The translations under genes were made by a program, and so were the position numbers. Under the pieces are notes generated by a model. The model saw only the letters and a program-made list of their open reading frames with translations, ran no database searches and was not told where the DNA came from. Below, one piece after another: positions 1-12,002 of a stretch of DNA of 64,000 bases (its first letter is position 1; every line of letters begins with the position of its first letter). The DNA is from Chrysemys picta bellii (taxonomy: Eukaryota). The stretch lies in contig NC_088791.1 in the NCBI RefSeq assembly GCF_011386835.1, positions 357,120,001-357,184,000 on the forward strand, given 5' to 3'.

Positions 1-17
1 GTGTTGGAATCTGACAT
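1..17 (-). CDS. 5' end of a fourth OR52-like olfactory receptor (unit A), truncated by the window edge
   Basis: Reverse complement ATGTCAGATTCCAACAC (MSDSNT) is identical to the start of OR D, and the upstream leader and flank match the other three OR copies. Intactness cannot be judged. Confidence 0.8.
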
Positions 18-152
18 GGAGTAGGGGAGAAAGTGTCCAACGCTGAGGCACAACGGTGAATCCTGCATGTACCGAACTTTCACATGGCTTCCTGTATGTG
101 TCTAGGGTGATGGCCGCAGTACAAATGCCTGATGGAGAGACAATATTAATAT

Positions 153-629
153 AAGATAAGTTTACGGAGGGGTGGTATGATGGGATAGCCTAATTTTGGC
201 AATTAATTGATCTTTGATTATTAGCAGGTAAATATGCCCAATGGTCTGTGATGGGAGGTTAGATGGGGTGGGATCTGAGTTACTACAGAGAATTCTTTCC
301 TGGGTGCTGGCTGGTGAGTCTTGCCCACATGCTCAGGGTTTAACTGATCGCCATATTTGGGGTCGGGAAGGAATTTTCCTCCAGGGCAGATTGGCAGAGG
401 CCCTGGAGGTTTTTCACCTTCCTCTGCAGCATGGAGCACGGGTCACTTGCTGGAGGATTCTCTGCACCTTGAGGTCTTTAAACCACAATTTGAGGACTTC
501 AATAACTCAGGCATAGGTTAGGGGTTTGTTACAGGAGTGGGTGGGTGAGATTCTGTGGCCTGCGTTGTGCAGGAGGTCAGACTAGATGATCATAATGGTC
601 CCTTCTGACCTTAAAGTCTATGAGTCTAT
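153..629 (+). mobile_element. CR1 LINE 3' fragment (long-3'UTR subfamily) in the intron of OR A
   Basis: Ends in GGTCCCTTCTGACCTTAAAGTCTATGAGTCTATG. It is absent at the paralogous site in unit B (AATATTCATATGAGACACTAC, ~23335-23355). A related copy lies at 45234-45659. Confidence 0.8.
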
Positions 630-862
630 GAGACACTACATGCAGTACTGGAGGCTGTTCTCATAGGTGAAGCAAATTGGTAGCTCTTCACACAATGGAA
701 AATGACATTTTCACTACTCAGATAAATGAATTATGAACAACTGTCCCTACTAATGTCAATTCCATATTTTATGGTGCTCCTTCCCTCAATAATTCCTACA
801 CATTATGGTGTGGAAAACTTTAATAGGAACCAGCAAGAAATTGATCCATCATTGTTCCTTAT

Positions 863-1561
863 GCCTTGTCTACACTGCAAAGTTTTTTAGCCAAAAGACA
901 GCTTTTAAAGACAGTTAAACAGTGGAGATGTATACTCTGCAAAGCAACTTTCGATGACGGAACTCCTCAGTCTCAGTGAGATTATAAAACCACCTTGACA
1001 AAAGTTGTAAGGCTTTTTAATCAAAAATTTTGTCACCCAAGTGCCAATATAGACATTTGTACTTGATTTTATCCCAGTAATAGGCCTCCGGAAGGCATCC
1101 CACAATTCCCAGCCTGACTATTATGGTTAGTAGTTTCAATTCTGCTACCCTGCATCCAGGCAAACACCTTCCACCCACGCCCCCCTGTAAAGTCCCGGGA
1201 ATATTGAAATTCCTCTTCTTGTTTGCTTGGCGTGGAGAGCTCACATCACATGTTCCCAGGTAACCACGGTGAATCCACGCAGCAATTGCCCTCCCACTTG
1301 GACCACTTCAGAGCTGCTGGATCTACTCACTATTTGGGGAGAGGAGGCGGTGCAGTCCCAGCTGTGCTCCAGTTGTTGGAATTTCGATACGTACAGGCAG
1401 ATTTCATGCAGCTTGTGGGAAAAGGGCTATGATAGGAACACACTGCATTGCAGAGCAAAGGTGAAGGAGCTGATGCATGTGTACCGGAAGGCAAGGGAGG
1501 CAAATGGTTCCTCTGTTGCCCCAGACCTGCTGTTTTTATGAGGAGTTGGATGCTATCCTTG
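863..1561 (+). mobile_element. 3'-truncated Harbinger element with a decayed Myb/SANT-like ORF
   Basis: Left TIR GCCTTGTCTACACT follows TTA. ORF 1227-1541 (WTTSELLDLLTIWGEEAV...CRAKVKEL...YEELDAIL) resembles the Myb protein at 52093. Units B and C have an empty TTCCTTAATG site here. Confidence 0.75.
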
Positions 1562-1749
1562 ATGCAATGAAAACCAGGCTAGAGAATCCATGCTGTAGGG
1601 AGTTTCCTATTCACCTAGTTACTGAAAATCTGAGAGTGGAAAAAAACCCAAACCTTTGCCAAGACATGTGCCAGGGGAAAACATCCCAACTAGAACACAG
1701 CTCCATGGAAACACCTGCTTATTTGCTGTAGTGGCCAAAACAAAGACAA

Positions 1750-3368
1750 TGTTCAGATGCCTAAGGAAAGGGATGGAGAATAACCTGCTCAGGATATGCA
1801 CTCAGTTTTTGTCACCCAGTCTCTCACAGATAGAGCAGATAGAAAGGGGATTTCTGAGACAGGCTCTGAGAATTGAGGAGGTTACTATATGTGGGCTGAA
1901 AAGTCTGGGACTGTTTAGTTTAGAGAAGAGACAAAGAAGGGGGCATATGATAACGGAGAACAAAATGAAAGAATGGAACTGATTACATTCCAATGGACAA
2001 ACAGAGAACAGTTCCCAACCGTTAATAGCAAAACTGATTAGGAGGAAAATATTAGACAGGAAAACGGAATGAAAATTGGGAATTCGTTAAGAAGAGTTTG
2101 TTGGATAGCTAAAAAGTCATGATTCCACAGTCAAGGAAGTGGAGAACTTTGGCTAAAAACCTGGTTCAGTGGCAAAGTGAAGGCAGGAATTATGTGTCAA
2201 AAAAACAATATATACAAATGTGAAAGAAGGGAAAATAGATAGCAAGCAATATAAATGGGAAGTTATGAAAATTGAAAAGGGATGTTAAAGACAACAGGGA
2301 AAACTCCATGCTTGGCGGGGCTAAGATTAATAAAAAGGAGGTTATTAAGTACATTAAGAACAAAAAAAAATAAAACAAAAAACAAAAAACAAAAAAGGTT
2401 TAGGCCAATTCCTAGAGGGAGAAAGGAATCTTGTTAATGTTGCAGAAAACGTAGATGTGTTGCAGAAATAGTACTGTTCTGCATTTGGAAAGAAGCAGTA
2501 TGAGGTGCTCGTATCACATGAGGTGATGAAATAGTCTCCAGTCCATTAGCTGCCAAGGAGAATGTTAAACAGCATCTACAATAGAACTGTAGAGTTACGA
2601 ACACCAGAGCTACAAACTGATATATCCACCACACATCTCATTTGTCAGGAGTAGAGCCAAAAAAATAAAATAAAGGACCGTTCTGGGTTAAACGTAAACT
2701 CTTAAAAAATGAAGGGAAAGTTTAAGAAAAAAGATGTGACAAGTTTAGGGAACAATGGAAAAGCTGGTATGGGATTAGTTCAGAAAAAGTCTAGGAATAT
2801 TATTAACGCCAGTCAACAATGTTGTTTATGGAAAACAGGTCTTGTCAAATAAAACTGATTTCATCCTTTAATGAGAGGATACATTTGGTTGATCAAGGGT
2901 ACTGCGCAGATGCAATAACCTTCAATTTCTCTGAGGCATTTGATTTAAAAAGGAAAAACATCTCCACATGGCATTGGTGAAACGGACCGCATCCAGTGCT
3001 GGGCTCTACATTTCTAAAAGGCTGTTGAGAAATTGGAGAGGGTGCAGAAAAAAGCCTCAGAAATGATTGGAGGATGGAGAAAATGCCAGACAGTGGGAGA
3101 CTTAAAGGGCATCAGATATTTAACTTATCAAAAAAATGATCAAGCGGAGACTTTCTTGGGGTTAGAAGCATTGGTGAAGCGGAGAAAGGCAGAGCAAGAC
3201 CCAATGGCTGGAAGCTGAAGCCAGACAAATTCCAGTTGGAAATAAGGGCCAAATGTTTAGCACTGAGGGTGATTAACCATAGGAACAAACTGCGAAGGGA
3301 AGTGGTGGATTTTCGAACTCCGCATGTCTGCAGATCCAGACTGGATGCTTACGTGGAAGATCTGCTTG
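1750..3368 (+). mobile_element. Ancient CR1 ORF2 fragments that are part of the OR duplication unit
   Basis: Degenerate RT-like stretches (e.g. GGTCTTGTCAAATAAAACTGATTTCATCC; GACTGTTTAGTTTAGAGAAGAG). The same fragments recur in units B, C and D. Confidence 0.55.
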
Positions 3369-3369
3369 A

Positions 3370-4166
3370 GGGCTTTTCTACACTTAAAATGCTACAGCAG
3401 TGCTTCCTTAGCATTTCAGTGTAGACACGACTTACACTGATGGTGGTAACTAGGTTGATGCTGTCTACACCAGGGTTAGGTTGATATAACGACATCCTCC
3501 AGGGGTGTGTACTATTTTGCTGTTGCAAACAAAGCAAATGCAATTTTGGGGTTGCATTAACAGAGACATAACATGAAAGTCATGGTAGGTGATACTACCA
3601 CTCTACTCAGTGCTGGTTAGGCCTCAGTTGAAGTACTGTGTCCAGTTTAGGTCACTAAGGTTTAGGAAGGATGTAGAGATACTGGAAAGGATCTAAAGGC
3701 AAGTGACAAAGGTGATCCAAGGGATGGAATTCAAGCCATATGAGCAAGCTGAAGGAACCAGGTATGTTTAGTTTGGAAAAGAGGAGATTGAGGGGACATG
3801 CCAGCGGTCTTCAGATCCTTGCAAGGCTGCCATAAAAAAGATGGGGAAAAGTTGTTCTCTCTTGCCACAGAGGCAGGACAAGAGTCAATGGGTTCAAACT
3901 GCAGCATAGTAGATTCAGATGAAATCTCAGGAAAAACTCCCTAAATGTAAGATCAGGCGAACAATGGAACAGTCACCTAGACAGGCTGTGGGGACTCCTT
4001 TGCTGGAGGTTTCCCAAAGGATGCTGGGTAGTCATGTGCTTGGGATGGTTTAGATATAACAAATCCTGCATCTCAGCAGGGGTTAGATTAGCTGACCCTT
4101 GTGGTGCCATCTCACCCTGTGGCTCTATGATTCTATGATGTAAAATCCTAGTGTAGACCAGGCCTT
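3370..4166. mobile_element. Old Harbinger MITE containing a CR1 3' fragment (~3540-4139)
   Basis: Termini GGGCTTTTCTACACT / AGTGTAGACCAGGCC, flanked by TGA / TTA. The internal CR1 piece ends CTCTATGATTCTATGAT. The composite also occurs in unit B (~27650-28516) and in remnant form in C and D. Confidence 0.6.
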
Positions 4167-4680
4167 AATCACACGCAAGTCATTGGGCTCAATACAGGGG
4201 TAACTGGGTGAAATTTAGTGGCCTCTGTTATACAAAAGTTCAGACTGGATGATCTAATGGTCCCTTCTGACCACAAACCCTATGAATGGATCAGGCATTT
4301 ATATTTACTCTGTCTCACAACATACGAACAAGGGAACATTCAATTACATCAGAAATCTCAAAGTATAACACTGATGAAAGAAAGTTGTTTACATAATTCA
4401 TAGTTGGCCTCTGGAACTCCTTACCACTGATATTACTGGAGCAAAGAGTTTAGTTGAAGGGGATTTACAATGATCCACTGTGCCACTGAAATGCAGCCAC
4501 CTTGGGGCTGGAGGCCATCAGCCTAGGAGGCACAGAAAAGAGGGATGTTTTGGCCCATGATACTGGAGCAAACTCATCCCCTGTGCAAGGGTCCCGGGAT
4601 GTTTAATTGCTGCACAAAATGGGAAGGACCCCAGACCTATTCTCAGTCATCAAGCAGGTGACCTCCTCAGCAATAGATGG

Positions 4681-4980
4681 GTACCTGTGAATTCTGAGAT
4701 GGAAGCGTCTTCCCTGGGAATCCCCCTCAGGTAGCCGTGTCCCACACTTCTCTCAGCCCAGCATCTGCAGCAGCATCCCATGCTGAGAGCCGACACAGGG
4801 GTGTGCACTGTTTATAATATAGCTCTGTGCAATCCCAGTGGGGTTCGCTCAGCCTCTAGGGGAGAAGCCGTATCTGGATATAAACAGGCTGGAGCCTGGA
4901 GACACTCTAGCCAATGTCTCTCTTTCCATGCCTGCACTTCTGTGCTGTTTATCCAGCTTTAGGAGTAAACAGCAATTAAG
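4681..4980 (-). promoter_or_regulatory. Candidate OR promoter and 5' non-coding exon, unit A
   Basis: In gene sense: TAATTG (4973-4978), TATATTATAAA (4811-4821), ATTCCCAGGGA O/E-like site (4711-4721), CAG|GTACCC donor (~4685). The same block is present in all four units. Confidence 0.55.
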
Positions 4981-5294
4981 GCGCCTTCCCAAAGGGAGAT
5001 GAGAACCCTTGTGCTCTCCGCAGAGTCAGAGAGGAATTGGCTGCTCTGTGCTTTTGTGTATTTTTAAAAATTATAGTTGATTAGTAAGAAAACCAGGGAT
5101 AATTCCTAGATTGCCCAAGGGTCTGAAACCCTGCAAATACCCAGGACAGCTGGCTAGATTGTAGACAGACAGATCTGGATATTGACGACTGATGGGAGAC
5201 ACAAGCACTCTCTGCAGGCACATGGGGCTGCTGCTAAGGGGTCAGAGATCAGTAATTCTCGTCTGTAACTATGACCATACTGAGCAGCACCTTT

Positions 5295-5460
5295 CACTGA
5301 AGGATGTTCAAAACACCTAGCAAAGGAAAGTCACTATGAACATATCCCCACAATAGAGATAGGGAAACTAAGGCATGGGGAGAGGTGAAGTGGCCAAGGT
5401 CTCACAGAGATTGTGTGGCAGGATGACAGACAGAACCCAGGAGTCCTGACTTCCCTGACA
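5295..5460 (-). mobile_element. MIR/CORE-type SINE remnant
   Basis: AGATAGGGAAACTAAGGCATGGGGAGAGGTGAAGTGGCCAAGGTCTCACAG...AGAACCCAGGAGTCCTGACT resembles the CORE-SINE consensus. A paralogous copy lies at ~57930-58075. Confidence 0.55.
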
Positions 5461-5840
5461 TGAGCACAGTCTCTCCATTACACCAAGAGGGAAATAGACT
5501 CCAGCTCTGACAGGGGCTGTTCATTGGTGGGATGCAGAGGAAAATCTGGAAGAGGGAGCCTGAGCCTTCACCATCCTCTGAAGGTGAATCTGAGATTTTC
5601 AGACCTAGCTGGAAGTTGTGAGCTCCCCGCTCCTGTGAGGTGTGAACTCTTGGACTCCACTTCTGCTCCCACTCAGAAACCTGCCAACACATCACAGTCA
5701 CTGGGGTCGCTTCAGGGGAACAGAGTTAGTAAAACCAACACCAACAGAATGTTCCCCAAAGCTTCTGTGGAACAAGGAGGGCCCTATAGGCAGGATAGAG
5801 GTTGGATTAGTGTTTGCATTGGATTTATTTTCTCCCTCTC

Positions 5841-7326
5841 AAGGAGCTAATAGAGGAGGTATCTGAGCCTCTAGCTATTATCTTTGGAAAATCATAGGAG
5901 ATGGGAGAGATTCCAGAAGACTGGAAAAGGGCAAATATAATGCCCATCTATAAAAAGGGAAATAAAAACAACCCAGGAAACTACAGACCAGTTAGTTTAA
6001 CTTCTGTGCAGGGGAAGATAATGGAGCAAGGAATTAAGGAAATCATCTGCAAGCACTTGGAAGGTGGTAAGGTGATAGGGAACAGCCAGCATGGATTTGT
6101 AAAGAACAAATCATGTCAAACCAATCTGATAGCTTCCTTTGATAGGATAACGAGTCTTGTGGATAAGGGAGAAGCTGTGGATGTGGTATACCTAGAATTT
6201 AGTAAGACATTTGATACGGTCTCGCATGATATTCTTATTGATAAACTAGGCAAATACAACTTAGATGGGGCTACTATAAGGTGGGTGCATAACTGGCTGG
6301 ATAACCGTACTCAGAGAGTTGTTATTAATGGTTCTCAATCCTGCTGGAAAGGCATAACAAGTGGGGTTCCGCAGGGGTCTGTTTTGGGACCAGCTCTGTT
6401 CAATATCTTCATCAACGACTTAGATATTGGCATAGAAAGTACACTTATTAAGTTTGCGGATGATACCAAACTGGGAGGGATTGCAACTGCTTTGGAGGAC
6501 AGGGTCATAATTCAAAATGAGAAATGGTCTGAGGTAAACAGGATGAAGTTTAACAAAGACAAATGCAAAGTGCTCGACTTAGGAAGGAAAAATCAGTTTC
6601 ACACATACAGAATGGGAAGAGACTGTCTAGGAAGGAGTACGGCAGAAAGGGATCTAGGGGTTATAGTGGACCACAAGCTAAATATGAGTCAACAGTGTGA
6701 TGCTGTTGCAAAAAAAGCAAACGTGATTCTGGGATGTATTAACAGGAGTGTTGTGAGCAAGACATCAGAAGTCATTCTTCTGCTCTACTCTGCGCTGGTT
6801 AGGCCTCAACTGGAGTATAGTGTCCAGTTCAGGGTACCGCATTTCAAGAAAGATGTGGAGAAATTGGAGAGGATCCAGAGAAGAGCAACAAGAATGATTA
6901 AAGGTCTTGACAACATGACCTATGAAGGAAGGCTGAAAGAATTGGGTTTGTTTAGTTTGGAAAAGAGAAGACTGAGAGGGGACATGATAGCAGTACTCAG
7001 GTATCTAAAAGGGTGTCATAAGGAGGAGGGAGAAAACTTGTTCACCTTAGTCTCTAAGGATAGAACAAGAAGCAATGGGCTTAAACTGCAGCAAGGAAGG
7101 TCTAGGTTGGACATTAGGAAAAAGTTCCTAACTGTCAGGGTGGTTAAACACTGGAACAAATTGCCTAGGGAGGTTGTGGAATCTCCATCTCTGGAGATAT
7201 TTAAGGGTAGGTTAGATAAATGTCTATCAGGGATGGTCTAGACAGTATTTGGTCCTGCCATGAGGGCAGGGGACTGGACTCGATGACCTCTCGAGGTCCC
7301 TTCCAGTCCTAGAATCTATGAATCTC
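5841..7326 (+). mobile_element. 5'-truncated, relatively young CR1 LINE
   Basis: Interrupts host TCTCCCTCTC|GGTTC (empty site at 31451-31465), with TCTC on both sides. 3' tail GGTCCCTTCCAGTCCTAGAATCTATGAATCT. Confidence 0.92.
5901..7241 (+). pseudogene. CR1 ORF2 reverse transcriptase, C-terminal 446 aa
   Basis: RT motifs [50 protein letters not shown]. It lacks the endonuclease domain, has a TAG just upstream, and has a 5-aa in-frame deletion after IIQN. Confidence 0.88.
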
Positions 7327-7814
7327 GGTTCATTTACTCCCAGTCTCTCCCAGGTGGAATTAAAATTGAATGTTCCAGGCTGAGTCAGACTTTCCAGCAC
7401 TGCCCTGGCTGGAGGGCACTTGGATTCCCACAGCTGAACTCTCTGCATGCTCCTCTGGCTAATTGGGGATTTCTCTGGTGCGGAGCACCTGGGTTTTTCA
7501 GCGCTGGAATGATGCTGAACAAATTCTCCTCTCCAAACTGAACAGGGACACCATGTCCACCTGTATTCAAGTTACTAACACTCTGTAGCTGGCAAGCATG
7601 GTTTGACCTTCCCCTGTCACTAAAAGCAAGGGGGTTCTAGGGCTGATTTGGCTGGATTGTTGTGTTTGTAATTTATTATCTGAATTGTGGAAGCCTCCAG
7701 AGGTCCCACTCCAGTTCAGGGCCCTTTGTGCTGAATCCTTCGCAAACACAGAAGAGAAACAGCCCCTGCCCGAAGGAGCTTAGGAATCAAATTCTGACAA
7801 GACACAGCTACTGT

Positions 7815-8420
7815 GTGTAACAAACCAGCAAGGGTGCAGGTGGGGAGATGGGGGAGGAACAGCAGTAAGAATGGGGGGTTACATAGGCTGATGGGTGGGT
7901 GTGAGACAGCGGAAATGCACAGCCCTGCCCTGGCTGTCGGAAGTGTGTCCTGGGCCGTTAAGACCAGAGCACAGGTTGGGAACTAGATTGGGGCTAGCAA
8001 GAATGGGCCATTGAGTGGCGGCTGCACCAGACACACAGCTGGGAGCACGTGGCTCTCCGTTAGCTTTTGTAACTCTGCTTTACTTCTAATCACGCCTCCC
8101 TTCTTCGAGTGCAGACTGAGCCTCCGTCTCGTGAATTCCCAGGACAACCCCTGGTACCAGTGGGGATTCCAGAGGAGAGGGCAGAGGTAACAGGGCTGTG
8201 GTATAGAAATAAAGAAGCCATCCTGGAGATGGAACACCTGAAAGCCTCCAAGGAGTTGAAACTCACGGGCAATGCAGCAGATTCCGGGAAGCGATTCAGA
8301 CAGAGTTTTGAGATATATCTGTGATTCTGTGATTCGAAGCAGCTGGGTTTGGTGAGAAAGACCAGCAGAAAACTGCAATCTTCTTAACCAGTGCAGGACT
8401 TGAGGCTTTATTATAATGCA
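7815..8420 (+). mobile_element. Decayed Gypsy-type LTR plus gag N-terminus relic
   Basis: MEHLKASKELKLTGNAADSGKRFRQSFEIYL followed by QKTAIFLTSAG resembles the Gypsy gag N-terminal pattern (LKPP..L..GN.A.NW..F.Q.F..YL...K.AILL). Paralogues at ~32875-33480 and, partially and inverted, ~56810-57110. Confidence 0.5.
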
Positions 8421-8425
8421 ACTCA

Positions 8426-8910
8426 GGCTTTGTCTACACTGGCACTTTTGTCAGTAAACCTTTTGCCGGTTAGGGGTGTGACAAAACCACCCCCTCCTAA
8501 CTGAGAAAAGCGCCAGTGTTGGCAGCGTTTTGTCAGCGGGAGACCAATTAAAAATAAGGAGAAACTGGGAAAGGTGGAAGGAAAACCCATCACCCTGCTC
8601 TGTGGCACGGGGGAACCCCAGACAGTGGCTGAAATGTCAGGGCAGTTCACAGTCTGTTCATCACACAGCCCAGGCCCTGCCCAGGTCCTCGCTCTGCTGC
8701 AGGGATCCTGCAGGTCGGACACTCGCTTTGGTGGTGGCCACATGCCCTCATGCTCTGAATGGCAGGGCCCTTCTTCCCAGCATTGCCACCACCCATCAGG
8801 CCTCTTCACCTGGGGCGTCTCCCTGCACTTCCTGGCCCCAACTGTTCACTGCACCCGGCTCCGGACTGCTCCAGCTTCAGCTCCAGGCCCTGTTCCAGGT
8901 CCCATACACA
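8426..8910. mobile_element. Truncated Harbinger MITE (8426-8545) followed by an LTR fragment (8546-8910)
   Basis: TCA|GGCTTTGTCTACACT is the same insertion site as the complete MITE at 33489. The LTR piece matches the interior of the solo LTR at 45723-46947. Confidence 0.55.
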
Positions 8911-9655
8911 GAGCTGAAGCTAATGCGCCCAACCTGCAGCTGTTGACAGTTAACAGAAGACTTCAGAGCTCAGGACGGTGGGGTCGGAGCAGGAGATGGC
9001 CCATCCCATTCTTCAGTCACACACTGGAGTTCAGCCCAAATTCAGTGCACCTGGAATGATAGATACAAAAGACCATACACACAATGGTTTGGTTTGTGCA
9101 CTGAAGGACGCTGGGAGTGTTATATAGAGAGATGTAGGGGTGCACAAAGAATCACAGGCAGTCTGGTTCATTTCCTATCAGCGGCATTGAATAACAAGCA
9201 TCATTGAGCTTTGAATTTCCTGTGTTCCTTTCAACCTGCCCAGAACCAAAATGTGATACCCAAGGTGTGACAAGGACACAGAATGAGGCCCACACAAATA
9301 TTATCCTTGCAGGGGACTCTAGAGAGATTTATAGATTATATGGCCAGGAGGGACCATTGTGATCATCTGCTCTGACCTCCTGCATTCCACAGGCCCTGGA
9401 ACTGCCCTGGATCAATTCCTGTTTGAACTAGAGCAGATCCCATCTTGATTAAAACATGGCCGGTGATGGAGACACAACATGATCCTTGTTAAATTGTTCC
9501 AATGGTCAATTACACTCAGTGCTAAAAATTCCACTTTCTCTCTAGTCTCAATTTGTCTACCTTCAATGTCTAGCCAGCAACTCTTGTTAAACCTTTGCAT
9601 GATAGCTTTACGAGCCCTCTATTGTCAAGTTTCTGTTCCCCATTATAAATGTTGA

Positions 9656-11062
9656 ACATAACATAAGAACGGCCATACTGGATCAGACCAAAGGTCCATC
9701 CAGCCCAGTATCCTGTCTACCGACAGTGGCCAATGCCATGTGCCCTAGAGGCAGTGAACCTAACAGGTAATGATCAAGTGAACTTTCTCCTGCCGTCCAT
9801 CACCACCCCCTGATAAACAGAGGCTAGGGACAGCATTCCTTTTCCATCCTGGCTAATAGCCATTAACGGACTTAACCTCCATTAATTTATCCAGTTCTCT
9901 TATAAATGCTGTTATAGTCCTAGCCTTCACAACCTCCTCAGGCAAGGAGTTTCACAAGTTGACTGTGTGCTGTGTGAAGAAGAATTTCCTTTTATTTGTT
10001 TTAAACCTGCTGCCTATTAATTTCATTTGGTGCCCCTAAGTCTTATATTATGGGAACAAGTAAATAACTTTTTCTTATTCACTTTCTCCACATCACTCAT
10101 GATTTTATATACCTCTAGCATATCCCCCCTTAGTCTCCTCTTTTCCAAGCTGAAAAGTCCTAGCCTCTTTAATCTCTCATCATATGGGATCCAATCCAAA
10201 CCCCTAATCATTTTAGTTGCCCTTCTCTGAACCTTTTCTAATGCCAGTATATCGTTTTGAGATGAGGAGACCATATCTGTATGCCGTATTCAAAATGTGG
10301 TTTATATAAGGGCAATAAGATATTCTCCATCTTATTGTCTATCCCCTTTTTAATGATTCCTAACATCCTGTTTGCTTTTTTGACTGCTGCTGCACACTGC
10401 GTGGACGTCTTCAGAGAACTATCCACGATGACTCCAAGATCTTTTTCCTGATTAGTTGTAGCTAAATTAGCCCCCATCATATTGTATGTATAGTTGGGGT
10501 TATTTGTCCCAATGTGCATTACTTTACATTTATCCACATTACATTTAATTTGCCATTTTGTTGCTCAATCACTTAGTTTTGTGAGATATTTTTGAAGTTC
10601 TTCACAGTCTGCTTTGGTCTTAACTATCTTGAGCAGTTTAGTATAATCTGCACACTTTGCAACCTCACTGTTTACCCCTTTCTCAAGATCATTTATTAAT
10701 AAGTTGAATAGGATTGATCCTAGGACTGAACTTGGGGAACACCACTAGTCACCCCTCTCCATTCTGAAAATTTACCATTTATTCCTACCCTTTGTTCCCT
10801 GGCTTTTAACCAGTTCTCAATCCATGAAAGGATCTTCCTTCTTATCCCATGACAATTTAATTTACGTAAGAGCCTTTGGTGAGGGACCTTGTCAAAGGCT
10901 TTCTGGAAATCTAAGTATACTATGTCCACTGGATCCCCCTTGTCCACATGTTTGTTGACTCCTTCAAAGAACTCTAATAGATTAGTAAGACATAATTTCC
11001 CTTTACAGAAACCATGTTGACTTTTTCCCAACAATTTATGTTCTTCTATTATGTTCTTCTTC
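9656..11062 (-). mobile_element. 5'-truncated CR1 LINE (ACATAAGAAC-tail subfamily)
   Basis: RT ORF pieces 10023-10274, 10238-10537 and 10720-11034 ([22 protein letters not shown]). The empty site AAATGTTGATAGAATG is seen in the inverted paralogue at ~50565-50582. Confidence 0.88.
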
Positions 11063-12002
11063 TTGATAGAATGTCATTGTGTTACTCCCTAACCTTGTCC
11101 TCATTAAGAGCGCGGAGGACAGGTCTAATGTGCTCGCAGTAGCCTGTGTTGCTAAGGAGACTCTCTGCAGCCTTCAGTACTAGTTGGAGTTTCGTAAGCA
11201 GTGAAGGCGTCATGCCCAGGTATACTGCATTGCTACAGTCCAGACAGGAGTGGCTAAGGTCTATAAAACTGAGGCCAGGCCATCATCCACCAGTATGGAA
11301 TGGAGTCTCCTAATCAACCGAACATAGTAGAAAGCACTACTCACAGACGCTGCTATGAGAGAGAGCTCAGCGTCAGCAAGGCATCCAAGAGCCCTTTTAG
11401 ACTATGGAGAAAATTGCCCTATTGTGAGTGTGACCCTTCAGTCAAAGGACACTGCACCATGGCTGATAACTCTTCAAAATGCTTTGCTTTGCTGACCAGC
11501 ATCACCTCTGTCTTGCTTGGGTTCAGCTTCAGCAAGCTGTTCCTTCCAAGAACTGGGTCAACTTGTGGTGTCGTCGTACGGGAAGGATAGGAGGAGCTCG
11601 ATGTTACATGCATATTGCTGGTGTTTGAGTCCATGTTGTGTAACCCGTTACCATACTGGCTGCATGGAGATGTTGAAGAGCCCCACAGGGAGAACTGATC
11701 TTTTTGGGACTCCACCAGGTATGGCTCTAGTGCTGGAGGTGCAGTTTCCCATCACCGCTAATTGGATGCTGTGACGTTATTGACATAAACTGGGACCATA
11801 TAGATCATTGTTGCAACCCAGGTCCTGTAGTGGCACCTAAATCTTGTATAAAGGGGGTCAAATGGGGTGTCTAAGACAAGGTTATGGTTTACTGGTTATG
11901 ATTATGCTGTCTATATGTGTGTATCAGATTTGTAGTTGAAGATATGAATATTGGCTGTATACTGTCTGTATGGCAAACTTATGCTATGCTTCTGGGAGAC
12001 GT

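Noticed and set aside
863-1561. Myb/SANT ORF as a domesticated host gene (MSANTD/NAIF1-like)
   Set aside because: Frameshifted, begins with a Harbinger TIR, and is absent from paralogous empty sites: a broken transposon.
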